NCBI GenBank assembly: GCA_024404095.1
Contig: JAKSQO010000001.1
Span: 7,037 to 71,036 of the forward strand
DNA from: Clostridia bacterium
Lineage (GTDB): Bacteria; Bacillota; Clostridia; Oscillospirales; Acutalibacteraceae
Direction: 5' to 3'
Length of the DNA: 64,000 nucleotides
In this document: piece after piece, positions 1 to 9,505 of the stretch
Position numbering within the stretch: the stretch's first letter is position 1
Layout: each line of letters begins with the position of its first letter
Made by a program: the position numbers and the translations under genes
The notes under the pieces: generated by a model
The model's input: only the letters and a program-made list of their open reading frames with translations
Databases searched by the model: none
Told to the model about the DNA's origin: nothing

Positions 1-31
1 AAAGGCGTGAGTCCGAAGAAATAGTCAGTAC

Positions 32-63
32 AGAGAGCCGAACAAATCGGCTCTCTTTTTTCT
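32..63 (+). terminator. Rho-independent terminator of a gene ending upstream of the window
   Basis: Perfect 10-bp hairpin AGAGAGCCGA/TCGGCTCTCT (32-41/47-56) followed by a T7 run. Confidence 0.75.
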
Positions 64-91
64 TGCAAAAAAGATGAATATAATGTATAAT
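63..91 (+). promoter_or_regulatory. Sigma-A-type promoter for the 115-1676 operon
   Basis: -35 TTGCAA (63-68), 17-nt spacer, -10 TATAAT (86-91), 24 nt upstream of the ATG at 115. Confidence 0.55.
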
Positions 92-114
92 GTGCAAAAA
101 GGCAGGGGATAGGT

Positions 115-945
115 ATGGAAAAATCAAAAGGTAAAAAGAAGATTACAGCTTTTATAATTGTTATCGCTGTTATCGGCGGAATTGTTTTCGGTGCATTCTC
201 TTATGTCAAAAACTTTGCATCGTACACACCCGAGGAATATGACAAGGCTGCTGTCGTTGTTTCTGACAGATATGTTGTGCTTTCGGATAAAACGATAAAA
301 ATTGAAAGCCCGAGTGCAGCCTGTGAAATTTTTGATGTATACTGCATTGAGCAAGGCAAGGTTTTCTTTGCATACGGCACAGGCGGAATATGGAATGTTG
401 CTTCGACCGATTTTACGGGCAAGAATATCACCGTTTATTATAAATACGAGAACGCAGGCAAATATGAACGTCTGAGCTGTCTTTCAGATTATAAGGACGC
501 AATGGGCGGACTTTATAATAACGGCAAGATTTATCTCAAGGGCAATGAAGGAATTGTCGAGCTGAACCTTGCAAGCCAGGAAGTTAAAATGGTTAAAGCC
601 TTGCCTGCAAAATCCTATAACTGGTCAAACGAAAACGATAAGTTCTGCGTGGAAAAAAAGGATGCCCTGAAAGAAATTTCACTTGACGGTATGGCTAAGA
701 AGAACTCATCAGCCTATGAGATTAAAGAGATTGCTGACAAGAAAAATAATAAATTTATAACTGAAATCAGCTGTATCAATGATGAGGTTTATATCTCAGG
801 TATAGTTGAAAATCCTTTTGGAATTAAGTACGGTGTAATTTTCAGCTATTATCCCGACAGCGACAATTATAAATATATTGACACCGGAATAACTAAAACG
901 GATGCTTACCCGATTCCTGTTATATCTTATTTTGGTAAGAAATAA
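115..945 (+). CDS. Hypothetical membrane-anchored protein
   Basis: 276-aa ORF with a K-rich N-terminus and one TM helix (ITAFIIVIAVIGGIVFGAF). The remainder is beta-rich and repeat-like, with no catalytic motif recognised. Its stop overlaps the next ATG (TAATG at 943-947). Confidence 0.6.
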   Translation: MEKSKGKKKITAFIIVIAVIGGIVFGAFSYVKNFASYTPEEYDKAAVVVSDRYVVLSDKTIKIESPSAACEIFDVYCIEQGKVFFAYGTGGIWNVASTDFTGKNITVYYKYENAGKYERLSCLSDYKDAMGGLYNNGKIYLKGNEGIVELNLASQEVKMVKALPAKSYNWSNENDKFCVEKKDALKEISLDGMAKKNSSAYEIKEIADKKNNKFITEISCINDEVYISGIVENPFGIKYGVIFSYYPDSDNYKYIDTGITKTDAYPIPVISYFGKK

Positions 946-1676
946 TGAGAAAAACGCTTTTTCTCTCGGATTCAGAGCCTGTTGTTGTCGAAAAGCTGCG
1001 CCGGCTCGGATACGATACGCTGGTTTGCCGTCCGAATAATGATATAACAGATTCGGTATCAACTCACGCTGATTGCGCATTGTTCAGTCCCGATAATAAG
1101 ACGTATTTCTGTGAACAGGGTAATTACAGCAATATTGTTAATTATTTCACAAAAGGCGAGGGCCAACTGATAAACGGGGATATAACAATTATACCGATAA
1201 ATGGTATTAAATCGCCGTATCCTGATGATGTCAGGCTTAACTGCAAGTGTTTTGGCAAAAATATTATTTGCAATACAAATTATATTTCCAAGGAAATTGC
1301 TGATTTTGCACATTTCAACACCTGTGATCTGATTCATTGTAACCAAGGCTATTCAGCTTGTTCAACTGTTAAGCTGTCCGATAACGCCGCCATAACCGAT
1401 GATTCATCTGTTTATAATACGCTCAGTTCAATTGGAATAGATTGTATCAAGGTAAGCAAGGGTTCAGTTAAACTGAAAGGATTTGATTACGGTTTCATCG
1501 GCGGATGCTGCGGTCTGACTGAGAAAAACAAAATTGTATTTACAGGCAGCATTGATAAACACGCTGATGCGGAACTTATTAAATCATTTCTGAGCAAGCA
1601 CAGAGTTGAGTACATCAATCTGACTGACGGAGAACTGATTGATATCGGCGGTATTATACCATTATACAGTATATAA
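945..1676 (+). CDS. Conserved hypothetical protein, tentatively DUF6873-like (guanidino-modifying-enzyme fold)
   Basis: 243-aa ORF translationally coupled to the upstream ORF. It has a Cys-containing GFIGGCCG motif near the C-terminus and a STHADCALF motif. The family assignment is from memory and was not searched. Confidence 0.45.
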   Translation: MRKTLFLSDSEPVVVEKLRRLGYDTLVCRPNNDITDSVSTHADCALFSPDNKTYFCEQGNYSNIVNYFTKGEGQLINGDITIIPINGIKSPYPDDVRLNCKCFGKNIICNTNYISKEIADFAHFNTCDLIHCNQGYSACSTVKLSDNAAITDDSSVYNTLSSIGIDCIKVSKGSVKLKGFDYGFIGGCCGLTEKNKIVFTGSIDKHADAELIKSFLSKHRVEYINLTDGELIDIGGIIPLYSI

Positions 1677-1681
1677 TAAAG

Positions 1682-1727
1682 AAAGCTCCGAAAAGCTTTA
1701 ATTCAGTTTTTTAGGAGCTTTTTTTAT
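1682..1727 (+). terminator. Probable rho-independent terminator
   Basis: AAAGCTCC (1682-1689) pairs with GGAGCTTT (1714-1721) and is followed by a T run. The loop is long, so this is only moderate. Confidence 0.45.
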
Positions 1728-1831
1728 ATTTTTCCTCCCCTTAATTATACAAAATATTTCTTTTATATAATCTCTTGATTTTTTTACAGTCCTCTGCTAT
1801 AATAAAGAAAATCAGAAAAAATGGTGATTTT

Positions 1832-2821
1832 ATGAGAAAAGAAGAAATTAAAGAGCTTCCCGAAAGTGTCAGAGATTTTCTGCACTATATGAATGTAATA
1901 AAAAACAAGTCCGAGCTTACTGTTCTTGAGTATGCTTCGGATCTGAGAATGTTTTTTCGTTTTATGTACGTTGAACGCGGATTGGTTTCCAAGGACGTTG
2001 ATTTTGATAATATCGCTATCTCTGCGATTGACCTTGATTTTATAAAAACAATTACAATTTCCGACGCATACAGCTTTCTCGCTTACTGTAAGAATGAACG
2101 TCACAACGATGCTGCTTCACGCTCAAGAAAAGCCTCTACATTACGTGGTTTCTTTAAATATCTTAGTGTCAAGACAAAACAGATTGATGAAAATCCCATG
2201 GAAGAGCTTGAATCGCCCAAGACGAAGAAATCCCTGCCGAAGTATCTTACTCTTGACGAAAGTGTTGACCTTCTTAACTGTATTGACGGTAAATTTAAGG
2301 AACGTGACTACTGCATAATCGTATTCTTTCTTAACTGCGGTCTGCGTCTTGCTGAGCTTGTAGGGCTGAATTATAACGATATAAAGTCCGACAACTCAAT
2401 GCGAGTTACAGGCAAGGGCAACAAGGAACGTATTATTTATCTCAATGAGATGTGCATTAACGCATATAATGAGTATATGAAGGTGCGTCCGAATGACGGT
2501 GTAAAGGATAAATATGCCCTGTTCTTAAGCGCAAGGAAATCCCGTATCAGCCCCAAAACAGTTCAGTATATCGTTAAAACCTTCCTTGACAAAGCAGGTC
2601 TTGGCGGCAAGGGCTTGTCCACGCATAAGCTTCGCCATACCGCCGCAACGCTTATGTATCAGCAAGGCAATGTCGACATCCTGCTTATAAAAGAGCTGCT
2701 CGGTCACGAAAACCTTGCTACAACAGAGATTTATACACATATCGTCGACTCTCAGCTCAAGGATGCTGTTTCTTCTAATCCGCTTAACGCTTTATCAAAA
2801 GACAAAAAGTCCGACAAATAA
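1832..2821 (+). CDS. Tyrosine site-specific recombinase, XerC/XerD family
   Basis: I place the start at the ATG at 1832, inside track ORF 1775-2821. The catalytic signature is present: GLRLAEL (Arg), HKLRHTAAT (His-x-x-Arg) and LLGHENLATTEIYTH (His, Tyr). There is an N-terminal SAM-like core-binding domain. Confidence 0.85.
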   Translation: MRKEEIKELPESVRDFLHYMNVIKNKSELTVLEYASDLRMFFRFMYVERGLVSKDVDFDNIAISAIDLDFIKTITISDAYSFLAYCKNERHNDAASRSRKASTLRGFFKYLSVKTKQIDENPMEELESPKTKKSLPKYLTLDESVDLLNCIDGKFKERDYCIIVFFLNCGLRLAELVGLNYNDIKSDNSMRVTGKGNKERIIYLNEMCINAYNEYMKVRPNDGVKDKYALFLSARKSRISPKTVQYIVKTFLDKAGLGGKGLSTHKLRHTAATLMYQQGNVDILLIKELLGHENLATTEIYTHIVDSQLKDAVSSNPLNALSKDKKSDK

Positions 2822-3427
2822 GTATTCAAGCATTGTTTTGATAACGGCTGACGCGATGATATAAATGTAGTATTTGAGATAGGATTTGTAGAATTTTTTA
2901 AAGCTGTAATCAGAAAGCTTACCGTTTTTTGAAATGCATCTGAGCATAAATTCAGACATACTTATGCTTTCACAGCTGCAAAGCACAAGCCCCGTCAGCG
3001 ACAGCACGGCGTACGGAAACACAAGCATAACGCAGTAAGCAAGCCCTTTGAGCGTGTAATGATCGTACATAAAGTAAGAAATCATTCCGATAAGATACGA
3101 ATAACACAGCGGAATAAAATTGACTGCAAAGCCGCCGTACGCACTCAGCCCGAGAAAGAACAGCACAACCGCAAAGACTGTCGGCGGCAGAAGTGAGCTT
3201 ATAAAAGACGAAAGAGGTGTCGAAGCTCCCGAGGAAAGCGTTGACAAGAACAGATCCGTCACTTTTAAAAAGAGCTTCCCCTCCCCTTTGCCGCTCAACG
3301 CTCCGAGCACAAGCCCGGCGACCGAGAATGTCACAGGCACAACTATCTTCCAATTCAGAACAAAATCATTGACTCTGACGCTGTATTTATGCAGGTTCAG
3401 AGTCTTTTTTATTACGGGTGTTGACAT
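2795..3427 (-). CDS. spoIIM: Stage II sporulation protein M (SpoIIM)-like polytopic membrane protein
   Basis: Internal ATG at 3427 is preceded by AGGAGG (rc of 3431-3441 region). The product is 210 aa with about 5 TM helices. The longer track ORF (to 3826) would run into upp. Adjacency to a xerD-like gene mirrors the Bacillus spoIIM-fur-ripX neighbourhood. Confidence 0.5.
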   Translation of the reverse strand: MSTPVIKKTLNLHKYSVRVNDFVLNWKIVVPVTFSVAGLVLGALSGKGEGKLFLKVTDLFLSTLSSGASTPLSSFISSLLPPTVFAVVLFFLGLSAYGGFAVNFIPLCYSYLIGMISYFMYDHYTLKGLAYCVMLVFPYAVLSLTGLVLCSCESISMSEFMLRCISKNGKLSDYSFKKFYKSYLKYYIYIIASAVIKTMLEYLFVGLFVF

Positions 3428-3463
3428 ATGAATTCCTCCTTGGTTAATCCATATGCAGACAAG

Positions 3464-3493
3464 CATAAAAAAATGCCCCGAAAAAATCGGGGC
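3464..3493 (-). terminator. Rho-independent terminator after upp
   Basis: GCCCCG/CGGGGC hairpin (3475-3480/3488-3493) is followed on the minus strand by a T-rich run (plus-strand A run 3466-3473). Confidence 0.7.
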
Positions 3494-3506
3494 TGAAATT
3501 TTCAAC

Positions 3507-4136
3507 TTATTTTGTACCGAAGATTCTGTCGCCTGCGTCGCCGAGACCGGGAACAATGTAGCAATGCTCATTAAGGTGATCGTCGAGTGCTGCGCAGTAA
3601 ATGTCAACATCGGGATGAGCCTTCTGAAGAGCGTCAAGTCCCTCGGGAGCAGCGATGATACCCATGAACTTGATGGAACGGGGGTTTTTAGCTTTGATAA
3701 GAGAGATAGCGTCGATTGCCGAGCCGCCTGTTGCGAGCATCGGGTCGAGAACGATAACGTCTCTTTCCTCGATATCTGCGGGAAGCTTGCAGTAATACTC
3801 AACCGGCTTGAGTGTTTCGGGGTCACGGTAAAGACCGATATGACCTACACGAGCTGAGGGAACGAGTGAAAGAACACCGTCAACCATGCCGAGACCTGCA
3901 CGGAGAATCGGAACAAAAGCGAGTTTCTTACCTGCAAGGTTGTGAGCAACACACTTTGCGACAGGTGTCTGAATTTCAATCTCCTGAAGAGGAAGATCTC
4001 TTGTTGCCTCATAGCACTCAAGTGTAGCGATTTCACTGATGAGTGTTCTGAAATCCTTTGAAGATGTGTTGACATCTCTGAGAATTGAGAGCTTGTGCTG
4101 GATAAGGGGATGATTTGTAATAGTAACTTTAGACAT
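3507..4136 (-). CDS. upp: Uracil phosphoribosyltransferase
   Basis: 209 aa. N-terminus is [18 protein letters not shown], the PRPP loop is [14 protein letters not shown], and the C-terminus [13 protein letters not shown] is typical of UPRTase. Confidence 0.95.
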   Translation of the reverse strand: MSKVTITNHPLIQHKLSILRDVNTSSKDFRTLISEIATLECYEATRDLPLQEIEIQTPVAKCVAHNLAGKKLAFVPILRAGLGMVDGVLSLVPSARVGHIGLYRDPETLKPVEYYCKLPADIEERDVIVLDPMLATGGSAIDAISLIKAKNPRSIKFMGIIAAPEGLDALQKAHPDVDIYCAALDDHLNEHCYIVPGLGDAGDRIFGTK

Positions 4137-4153
4137 GATTTTTACCTCCGATA

Positions 4154-4609
4154 TTATTCAACGAATGTTCCGTTTTCAATTGCTGTAATCTGATCTATGC
4201 GTCGCTGATGTCTTCCGCCGCCCTCAAACTCGGTTGTGAGGAAAACGTCAACAAGCTCATTAGCAAGACCTGCACCGACAACACGTCCGCCCATACAGAG
4301 AATATTTGCGTCATTGTGCATTCTTGTAAATTTTGCGCTGAAATAATCTGAACAGCAGGCAGCTCTGACACCCTTGACCTTGTTAGCGGCCATGCTGATG
4401 CCGATACCTGTACCGCAGCAGAGAATACCGAGAATATTCTCGCTTGTAACTGCCTTGCCGACCTTATAAGCGATTGCGGCATAGTCAACTGACTCGGGGC
4501 TGTATGTACCGTAGTCAACAACCTCATAACCGCCAAGCTCCTCAAGATGCTTTTTGATTGATTCCTTAAGCTCGAATCCGCCGTGGTCAGCACCGATAGC
4601 TATTTTCAT
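4154..4609 (-). CDS. rpiB: Ribose-5-phosphate isomerase B (RpiB/LacA/LacB family)
   Basis: 151 aa with [16 protein letters not shown] and [13 protein letters not shown] motifs. Confidence 0.9.
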   Translation of the reverse strand: MKIAIGADHGGFELKESIKKHLEELGGYEVVDYGTYSPESVDYAAIAYKVGKAVTSENILGILCCGTGIGISMAANKVKGVRAACCSDYFSAKFTRMHNDANILCMGGRVVGAGLANELVDVFLTTEFEGGGRHQRRIDQITAIENGTFVE

Positions 4610-4623
4610 TATTTATCACACCT

Positions 4624-5325
4624 TTATTTTAAATCTTTCTTTGCCTTAAGCTCCCTTTCCGCCTGCGGAAGACGCAGATACTCGGGAACAAGTGCCGACG
4701 CAGGAATGTAATCCTCCCCGCTCAGCTTTTCAGCGGCGTGGCAGACGCCGACTGCGTTCTGATATCTGATGCTATCAGAGGCAATTCTCAGCTCTTTATC
4801 ATCATTTCTCAGCTTATTATAACATATTTCTGCGCCATCGCCAACAAAAATTTTAGATTTTTTGTAATTTTTCAGTTTTTTTCCGAGTTCATCAATGGAA
4901 ATCGCCTCGTCATCAGTCAATCTGTTTATACATTTATCGGAAATGTCAAAAAGAGCTGTATAAACCTGATTACATCTTGCATCCATTACGCAAACAGCGA
5001 TACAGTCGTTATTGATTAGATTGTAAGCCATTGATTCAAGTGTTGAAATACCAGCGCACGGTATGTCCCTGACATCCGCAAGTCCCTTAGCCGCCGCAAC
5101 ACCGATCCGAACTCCCGTAAATGAGCCCGGTCCCTTGTTGACTGCAATCAGACCGATATCATCAAGCTTGACGTCGGCACACTTGAGCGCGCTGTCAATC
5201 ATCGGCATAAGCGTCTGCGAGTGAGTAAGCCCCGTATTGATGTAAAAGCTGCTTATTATTTTTCCGTTTTCTGTCACAGCCGCCGAAGCTGACTTCGCCG
5301 AGCTGTCAATTCCGAGAATTTTCAT
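4624..5325 (-). CDS. tsaB: tRNA t6A37 biosynthesis protein TsaB
   Basis: 233 aa with N-terminal MKILGIDSSAKSASAAV and GPGSFTGVRIGV motifs. It overlaps the tsaE stop. Confidence 0.9.
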   Translation of the reverse strand: MKILGIDSSAKSASAAVTENGKIISSFYINTGLTHSQTLMPMIDSALKCADVKLDDIGLIAVNKGPGSFTGVRIGVAAAKGLADVRDIPCAGISTLESMAYNLINNDCIAVCVMDARCNQVYTALFDISDKCINRLTDDEAISIDELGKKLKNYKKSKIFVGDGAEICYNKLRNDDKELRIASDSIRYQNAVGVCHAAEKLSGEDYIPASALVPEYLRLPQAERELKAKKDLK

Positions 5326-5756
5326 TACAGTATATCTCCGATAATTTCAATTGTTCTGTCGTTTTCGTTTTCCCCGTGGGAGAAATAAATTCTGATGCAA
5401 TTGTCGGGAAGCGCATTTTCTATATTTTCGCTCCATTCAACTGCAAGAATTTCATTGTTGTCAAGATAGTCGAAAAAGCCTGTTGAATACAGATCGTCCC
5501 AACCCGAAATTCTATACATATCAAAATGATAAAGAGTGTTTTTTTCGCCTCTGTACTCGTGAACAAGAGCAAAGGTCGGACTGCTGACATTCTTTTCGTC
5601 AATGCCGAGACCCTCGGCAAGTCCGTGAGTGAATGCGGTTTTGCCCATACCCATAGGACCAAAGTAAGCGACAACATCGCCTTTTCTGAGCTTTTCACCG
5701 AGCTTTTTACCAAGCTCAACCGTATCGGCAACGCTGTGACTCTGAAAAACCGACAA
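5325..5756 (-). CDS. tsaE: tRNA t6A37 biosynthesis ATPase TsaE
   Basis: 143 aa with Walker A GPMGMGKT, SPTFALVHEY and HFDMYR motifs. Confidence 0.9.
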   Translation of the reverse strand: MSVFQSHSVADTVELGKKLGEKLRKGDVVAYFGPMGMGKTAFTHGLAEGLGIDEKNVSSPTFALVHEYRGEKNTLYHFDMYRISGWDDLYSTGFFDYLDNNEILAVEWSENIENALPDNCIRIYFSHGENENDRTIEIIGDIL

Positions 5757-5886
5757 TTAAAACACCCTTTCGTAATTTTTCTTAGGATATTATATCACAT
5801 ATTTTGAATAAGTAAATAACTTTATACTTGAAATTAGCGCAGAATACATATATAATATAATTTAATTAAAATACAGAGGTTATGTA

Positions 5887-7083
5887 ATGAATAAATTTAT
5901 ATATTGGTTCAAGGATATCATGCGCGGCACGGATAAGCTCCTGCTCGGCATCTGTCTTGTTCTTTCATCAATAGGTATTCTTATGGTTTACAGCGCAACA
6001 CGGGTAAATCTGAAAGAAAATATGATTATTTCACGTGACGCACGTACAATGATTATTGCTGTTTTTCTCGGCGTATGCATTGCGGTTGTAATGTCACTTG
6101 TCGATTACGAGGCTGTCACGCGACTATGGCCCATAATTGCCGTTGTCTGTCTCGGGCTGATGGTTTCGTTGTTTTTCTTCGGTAATTCTCCGAGCGGCCG
6201 ACAGGACGCTATTTCGTGGCTTAAGTTCGGCAGCTTCTATTTTCAGCCGTCAGAGCTGTTGAAAATCGGTTTTATTATTACGTTTTCTGTTCATCTTGAC
6301 GCAGTAAAGGATGAAATCAACAGCCTAAAAAACGTAATTTTCCTCGGAATACACGCTATGATAGCAATCGGTCTTGTTATTCTTACGGGTGACCTCGGTT
6401 CGGCTCTTGTTTTCATGGTTATGACAATCGGTATGCTTTTTGTCTGCGGACTCTATCTTCGCTATTTCATTTTCGGCGCAGGTGCGGTTATCGCGGTTGC
6501 TCCCATTGCTTGGTTTGAATTTCTTTCCGACTTTCAGAAGCAGAGATTTATGGCTATTTATTCCCCTGCTTCGCTTACCGAGGCTACATATAAGGATGTT
6601 ATTCTTCAGCAGAAGCTTTGCCTTAACGCAATCGGCTCGGGCAAAATATTCGGTCAGGGGCTTTTTCAGGGCACTTATACTCAGGCGGGAACAGTTCCCG
6701 AAAGTCAGAACGATATGATTTTCTCTGCTATCGGCGAGGAATTAGGTTTTGTCGGCGCGGTCGGTGTTCTTCTGGTTCTTACGCTTCTTATCATCAAAAT
6801 TGTCTGCATCGGTCAGAAAGCGGTTTCACTTACAGGCAAGCTTATCTGCAACGCCGTTGCCGTAATGATCGCAACTCACATTGTTGTCAACGTCGGAATG
6901 TGTCTGAATGTTCTTCCCTGTGTCGGAATTACGCTTCCGTTTATGAGTGCGGGCGGTTCGTCCAATCTTTGCATATATATCGCAATCGGACTTGTTCTCA
7001 GCGTCTACCGCTCATCCAAGGTCGGCAAGCCGATTGATTACAGGCACGGCAAGCTTTATTCACCGTTTACAGAAAGCTATTGA
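5887..7083 (+). CDS. FtsW/RodA/SpoVE (SEDS) family peptidoglycan glycosyltransferase
   Basis: 398 aa and polytopic. It has QPSELLKI, ESQNDMIFS and LPFMSAGGSS motifs characteristic of SEDS proteins. Confidence 0.85.
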   Translation: MNKFIYWFKDIMRGTDKLLLGICLVLSSIGILMVYSATRVNLKENMIISRDARTMIIAVFLGVCIAVVMSLVDYEAVTRLWPIIAVVCLGLMVSLFFFGNSPSGRQDAISWLKFGSFYFQPSELLKIGFIITFSVHLDAVKDEINSLKNVIFLGIHAMIAIGLVILTGDLGSALVFMVMTIGMLFVCGLYLRYFIFGAGAVIAVAPIAWFEFLSDFQKQRFMAIYSPASLTEATYKDVILQQKLCLNAIGSGKIFGQGLFQGTYTQAGTVPESQNDMIFSAIGEELGFVGAVGVLLVLTLLIIKIVCIGQKAVSLTGKLICNAVAVMIATHIVVNVGMCLNVLPCVGITLPFMSAGGSSNLCIYIAIGLVLSVYRSSKVGKPIDYRHGKLYSPFTESY

Positions 7084-7215
7084 TTAGGTGAAAACGGATA
7101 AAAGCTTTATTTAACCAATTAACGGCAATACTGAGAATGTGCCGTGCTTATGTCGAACAGCACAGCACCGATATAATTCAGACTATAAAACAACCCAGGA
7201 GAGTGATATCAGTCC

Positions 7216-8232
7216 ATGGACGATACCATACCACGAAGTATAATTTTAATATTTTTAATAATTTCCGGCGGATTTTTTGCGGCAGCTGAGACTGCATTTT
7301 CATATGTAAATGCGGTCAGAATTAGAATGCTTGCCGAGGAAAGCCGCAGGGCAAAACGTGTTGTCAGAATAATTGATGATTTTGATATGACCATTGTCAC
7401 GCTGCTTATTGTCATTAACATTGTTCACATTGTTGCTTCGGTAATCGCAACATCTCTGTTCATTGACCTGACAGGCAGTACGGCGGTTGGTTCGCTTCTT
7501 GCTACAATCATCATCACTCTGGCAATTTTTATTTTCAGCGAAACAATTCCGAAAAATATAGCCAAGGTCAACAGCGACGCTTTCTGCCTGAGCTTCGGTA
7601 CAGTAATCCGATTTTTTACAATAATGCTCTACCCTCTTGCATGGCTTCTGACAAAATTCGGTGAGCTTGTCAAAAAGGTTTTTCATCTCGAGGATTCAGA
7701 ACCGTCCGTTACCGAGGATGAATTTTCCGCTATGGTTGAGGATGCGGCTGAGGACGATATTTTTGAACCTGAGGAAAACGAAATTATTCAGTCTGCAATT
7801 GAATTCGGCGATACAAAGGTAAGCGAAATCATGACACCGAAATCGGATATTGTCGCTATTTCAGTCAAGGCTGACGAGGACGAAATCAAACGTATTCTTA
7901 TTGATGAGAAATACTCACGTTTTCCCGTTTACCGTGGAAGTGTGAACAATATTGTCGGCATTGTACGTTCATCCGCTGCGCTGTGGAAGATTATAAACGA
8001 TCCCGACGAGTTTGACCTGCGTGAAACAATGGTCAGACCGATGTTCTGCTCCCCCGATGATGAAATCGCAGTAATTTTTGAACGTATGTGCAACCGAAAA
8101 AATCATTTTGCCGTTATCCGTGATGATGACGAGCGAACCCTCGGAATTATCACAATGGAGGATATTCTTGAAGAGATTGTCGGCGAAATTTATGACGAGG
8201 ATGACACCGAGGAAGAGGAGGTGTCGGAGTAA
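7216..8232 (+). CDS. CNNM/CorB-type membrane protein (DUF21 + CBS pair), short form without the CorC_HlyC domain
   Basis: 338 aa with an N-terminal 4-TM DUF21 (FFAAAETAF, SETIPKN) and a CBS pair, ending in an acidic tail (EDDTEEEEVSE). Its stop overlaps the next ATG. Confidence 0.8.
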   Translation: MDDTIPRSIILIFLIISGGFFAAAETAFSYVNAVRIRMLAEESRRAKRVVRIIDDFDMTIVTLLIVINIVHIVASVIATSLFIDLTGSTAVGSLLATIIITLAIFIFSETIPKNIAKVNSDAFCLSFGTVIRFFTIMLYPLAWLLTKFGELVKKVFHLEDSEPSVTEDEFSAMVEDAAEDDIFEPEENEIIQSAIEFGDTKVSEIMTPKSDIVAISVKADEDEIKRILIDEKYSRFPVYRGSVNNIVGIVRSSAALWKIINDPDEFDLRETMVRPMFCSPDDEIAVIFERMCNRKNHFAVIRDDDERTLGIITMEDILEEIVGEIYDEDDTEEEEVSE

Positions 8233-9503
8233 TGTCTGCATTTTTCTACACAGTCAGCGGAATTGCGCTTTTTCTTTTTGTAGTTCTGTCAGCATTTTTC
8301 TCTTCTGCTGAAATTGCATTTGCAAAATGTAATAAGCTTCGCTTTGAACGTCTTGCCGACGAGGGAAACAAAACGGCAAAAACAGTTCTTAAAATCTGTG
8401 AGGATTACACAAATCAGCTTTCGACAATTCTTGTCGGCAATAATCTTGTAAATATCGCAGCATCATCACTTGCAACCGTTGTGGCAACCTCACTTATCGG
8501 CAAGGCACGCGGTGAAACTGTCGCTACGGTCGCTGTAACAGCCGTTATCCTTATCTTCGGTGAAACTCTGCCCAAGATTATTGCGGCGGCTATACCCGAC
8601 TCCACGGCAAAATTATACGCAGGTGCGCTCAACCTATGCATGATAATTTTTAAGCCTGTTGTGGTTGTTGTCAATAAATTTGTTAATCTTCTCTCTCCCA
8701 TATGGACGCCGAAGGAGGAAACTCCCGACGTAACGAGTGAAGAGCTTGTTGAAATTCTTGAAGATATCGAGGAGGAAGGCGTTTTCTCCGAGGACGAGTC
8801 AGAGCTTATACGGTCGGCCATTGAGTTTACGGATACCCTCGCAAAGGATATTCTTGTTCCGCGTGTTGATGTTGTTGCGATCGACATTGATGAGCCGTTT
8901 GAGCTGACTGATGATATCTGCAAGCACACACGCATCCCTGTCTATGAGGAAAGCATTGATAATATTATCGGTGTTGTTACAACCAAACAGCTGATGAAAA
9001 CGATTGCCTCGGGCGAAGAGGTTGACATTCGTTCAATGATGTATGAACCGATTTTTGTTCATATGACAAGGACTGTTTCTTCTATTATTGAAGAATTCAG
9101 AAAAAAACATCAGCAGCTTGCTGTTGTCCTTGACGAGTACGGCGGCACAATGGGTATTCTTACTTTTGAGGATATAACCGAGGAGATTGTCGGAGAAATC
9201 TTTGATGAACGTGACTCGGTTGAGATTGATGTATCAACGGTCGGCGAGAACACCTATGAAGTTGACGGAGGTATGAATATTTACGATATGTTCGATGAAA
9301 TTGAGTTTGATGAGCCGAACGATTTTGAATCGGAATATGTAACTGTCGGCGGCTGGGCAACGGAAATGCTCGACAAATTCCCCTCAGTCGGTGACGAATT
9401 CACGTATGAAAATCTGAAAATTACTGTTATCGAAACCGAAGGAAAGCGTGTCGAAACACTAAAGGTTGAGGTTCTCCCTGCTGAAGAAGAAGAGGAAGAT
9501 TAA
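8232..9503 (+). CDS. CNNM/CorB-type membrane protein (DUF21 + CBS pair + CorC_HlyC)
   Basis: 423 aa. It has the same DUF21 motifs (FFSSAEIAF, GETLPKI), a CBS pair, and a C-terminal transporter-associated domain (VDGGMNIYD...GGWATEMLDKFP). Confidence 0.85.
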   Translation: MSAFFYTVSGIALFLFVVLSAFFSSAEIAFAKCNKLRFERLADEGNKTAKTVLKICEDYTNQLSTILVGNNLVNIAASSLATVVATSLIGKARGETVATVAVTAVILIFGETLPKIIAAAIPDSTAKLYAGALNLCMIIFKPVVVVVNKFVNLLSPIWTPKEETPDVTSEELVEILEDIEEEGVFSEDESELIRSAIEFTDTLAKDILVPRVDVVAIDIDEPFELTDDICKHTRIPVYEESIDNIIGVVTTKQLMKTIASGEEVDIRSMMYEPIFVHMTRTVSSIIEEFRKKHQQLAVVLDEYGGTMGILTFEDITEEIVGEIFDERDSVEIDVSTVGENTYEVDGGMNIYDMFDEIEFDEPNDFESEYVTVGGWATEMLDKFPSVGDEFTYENLKITVIETEGKRVETLKVEVLPAEEEEED

Positions 9504-9505
9504 AA

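Noticed and set aside
1832-2821. Tyrosine recombinase as the integrase of a mobile element or prophage boundary.
   Set aside because: There are no flanking phage, plasmid or transposon genes, no att-like direct repeats seen, and no adjacent tRNA. The neighbours are housekeeping genes (spoIIM-like, upp, rpiB). It is most simply a chromosomal Xer-type dimer-resolution recombinase.
3428-3826. N-terminal 133-codon extension of track ORF 2795-3826 (343 aa).
   Set aside because: The extension runs through the upp terminator and into the upp coding region in another frame, and its composition is Ser/Thr/Leu-rich and non-protein-like. An internal ATG at 3427 with an AGGAGG RBS gives a clean 210-aa membrane protein.
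8414-8935. Long antisense or shadow ORFs inside confirmed genes. Examples are 8414-8935, 18511-19119, 20925-21443, 26429-27076, 41554-42006, 33653-33976, 49708-50115 and 53412-53807.
   Set aside because: Each lies wholly within a gene that has strong family motifs on the other strand or frame. Their translations are low-complexity (Ser/Thr/Arg/Leu-rich) and lack RBS context.
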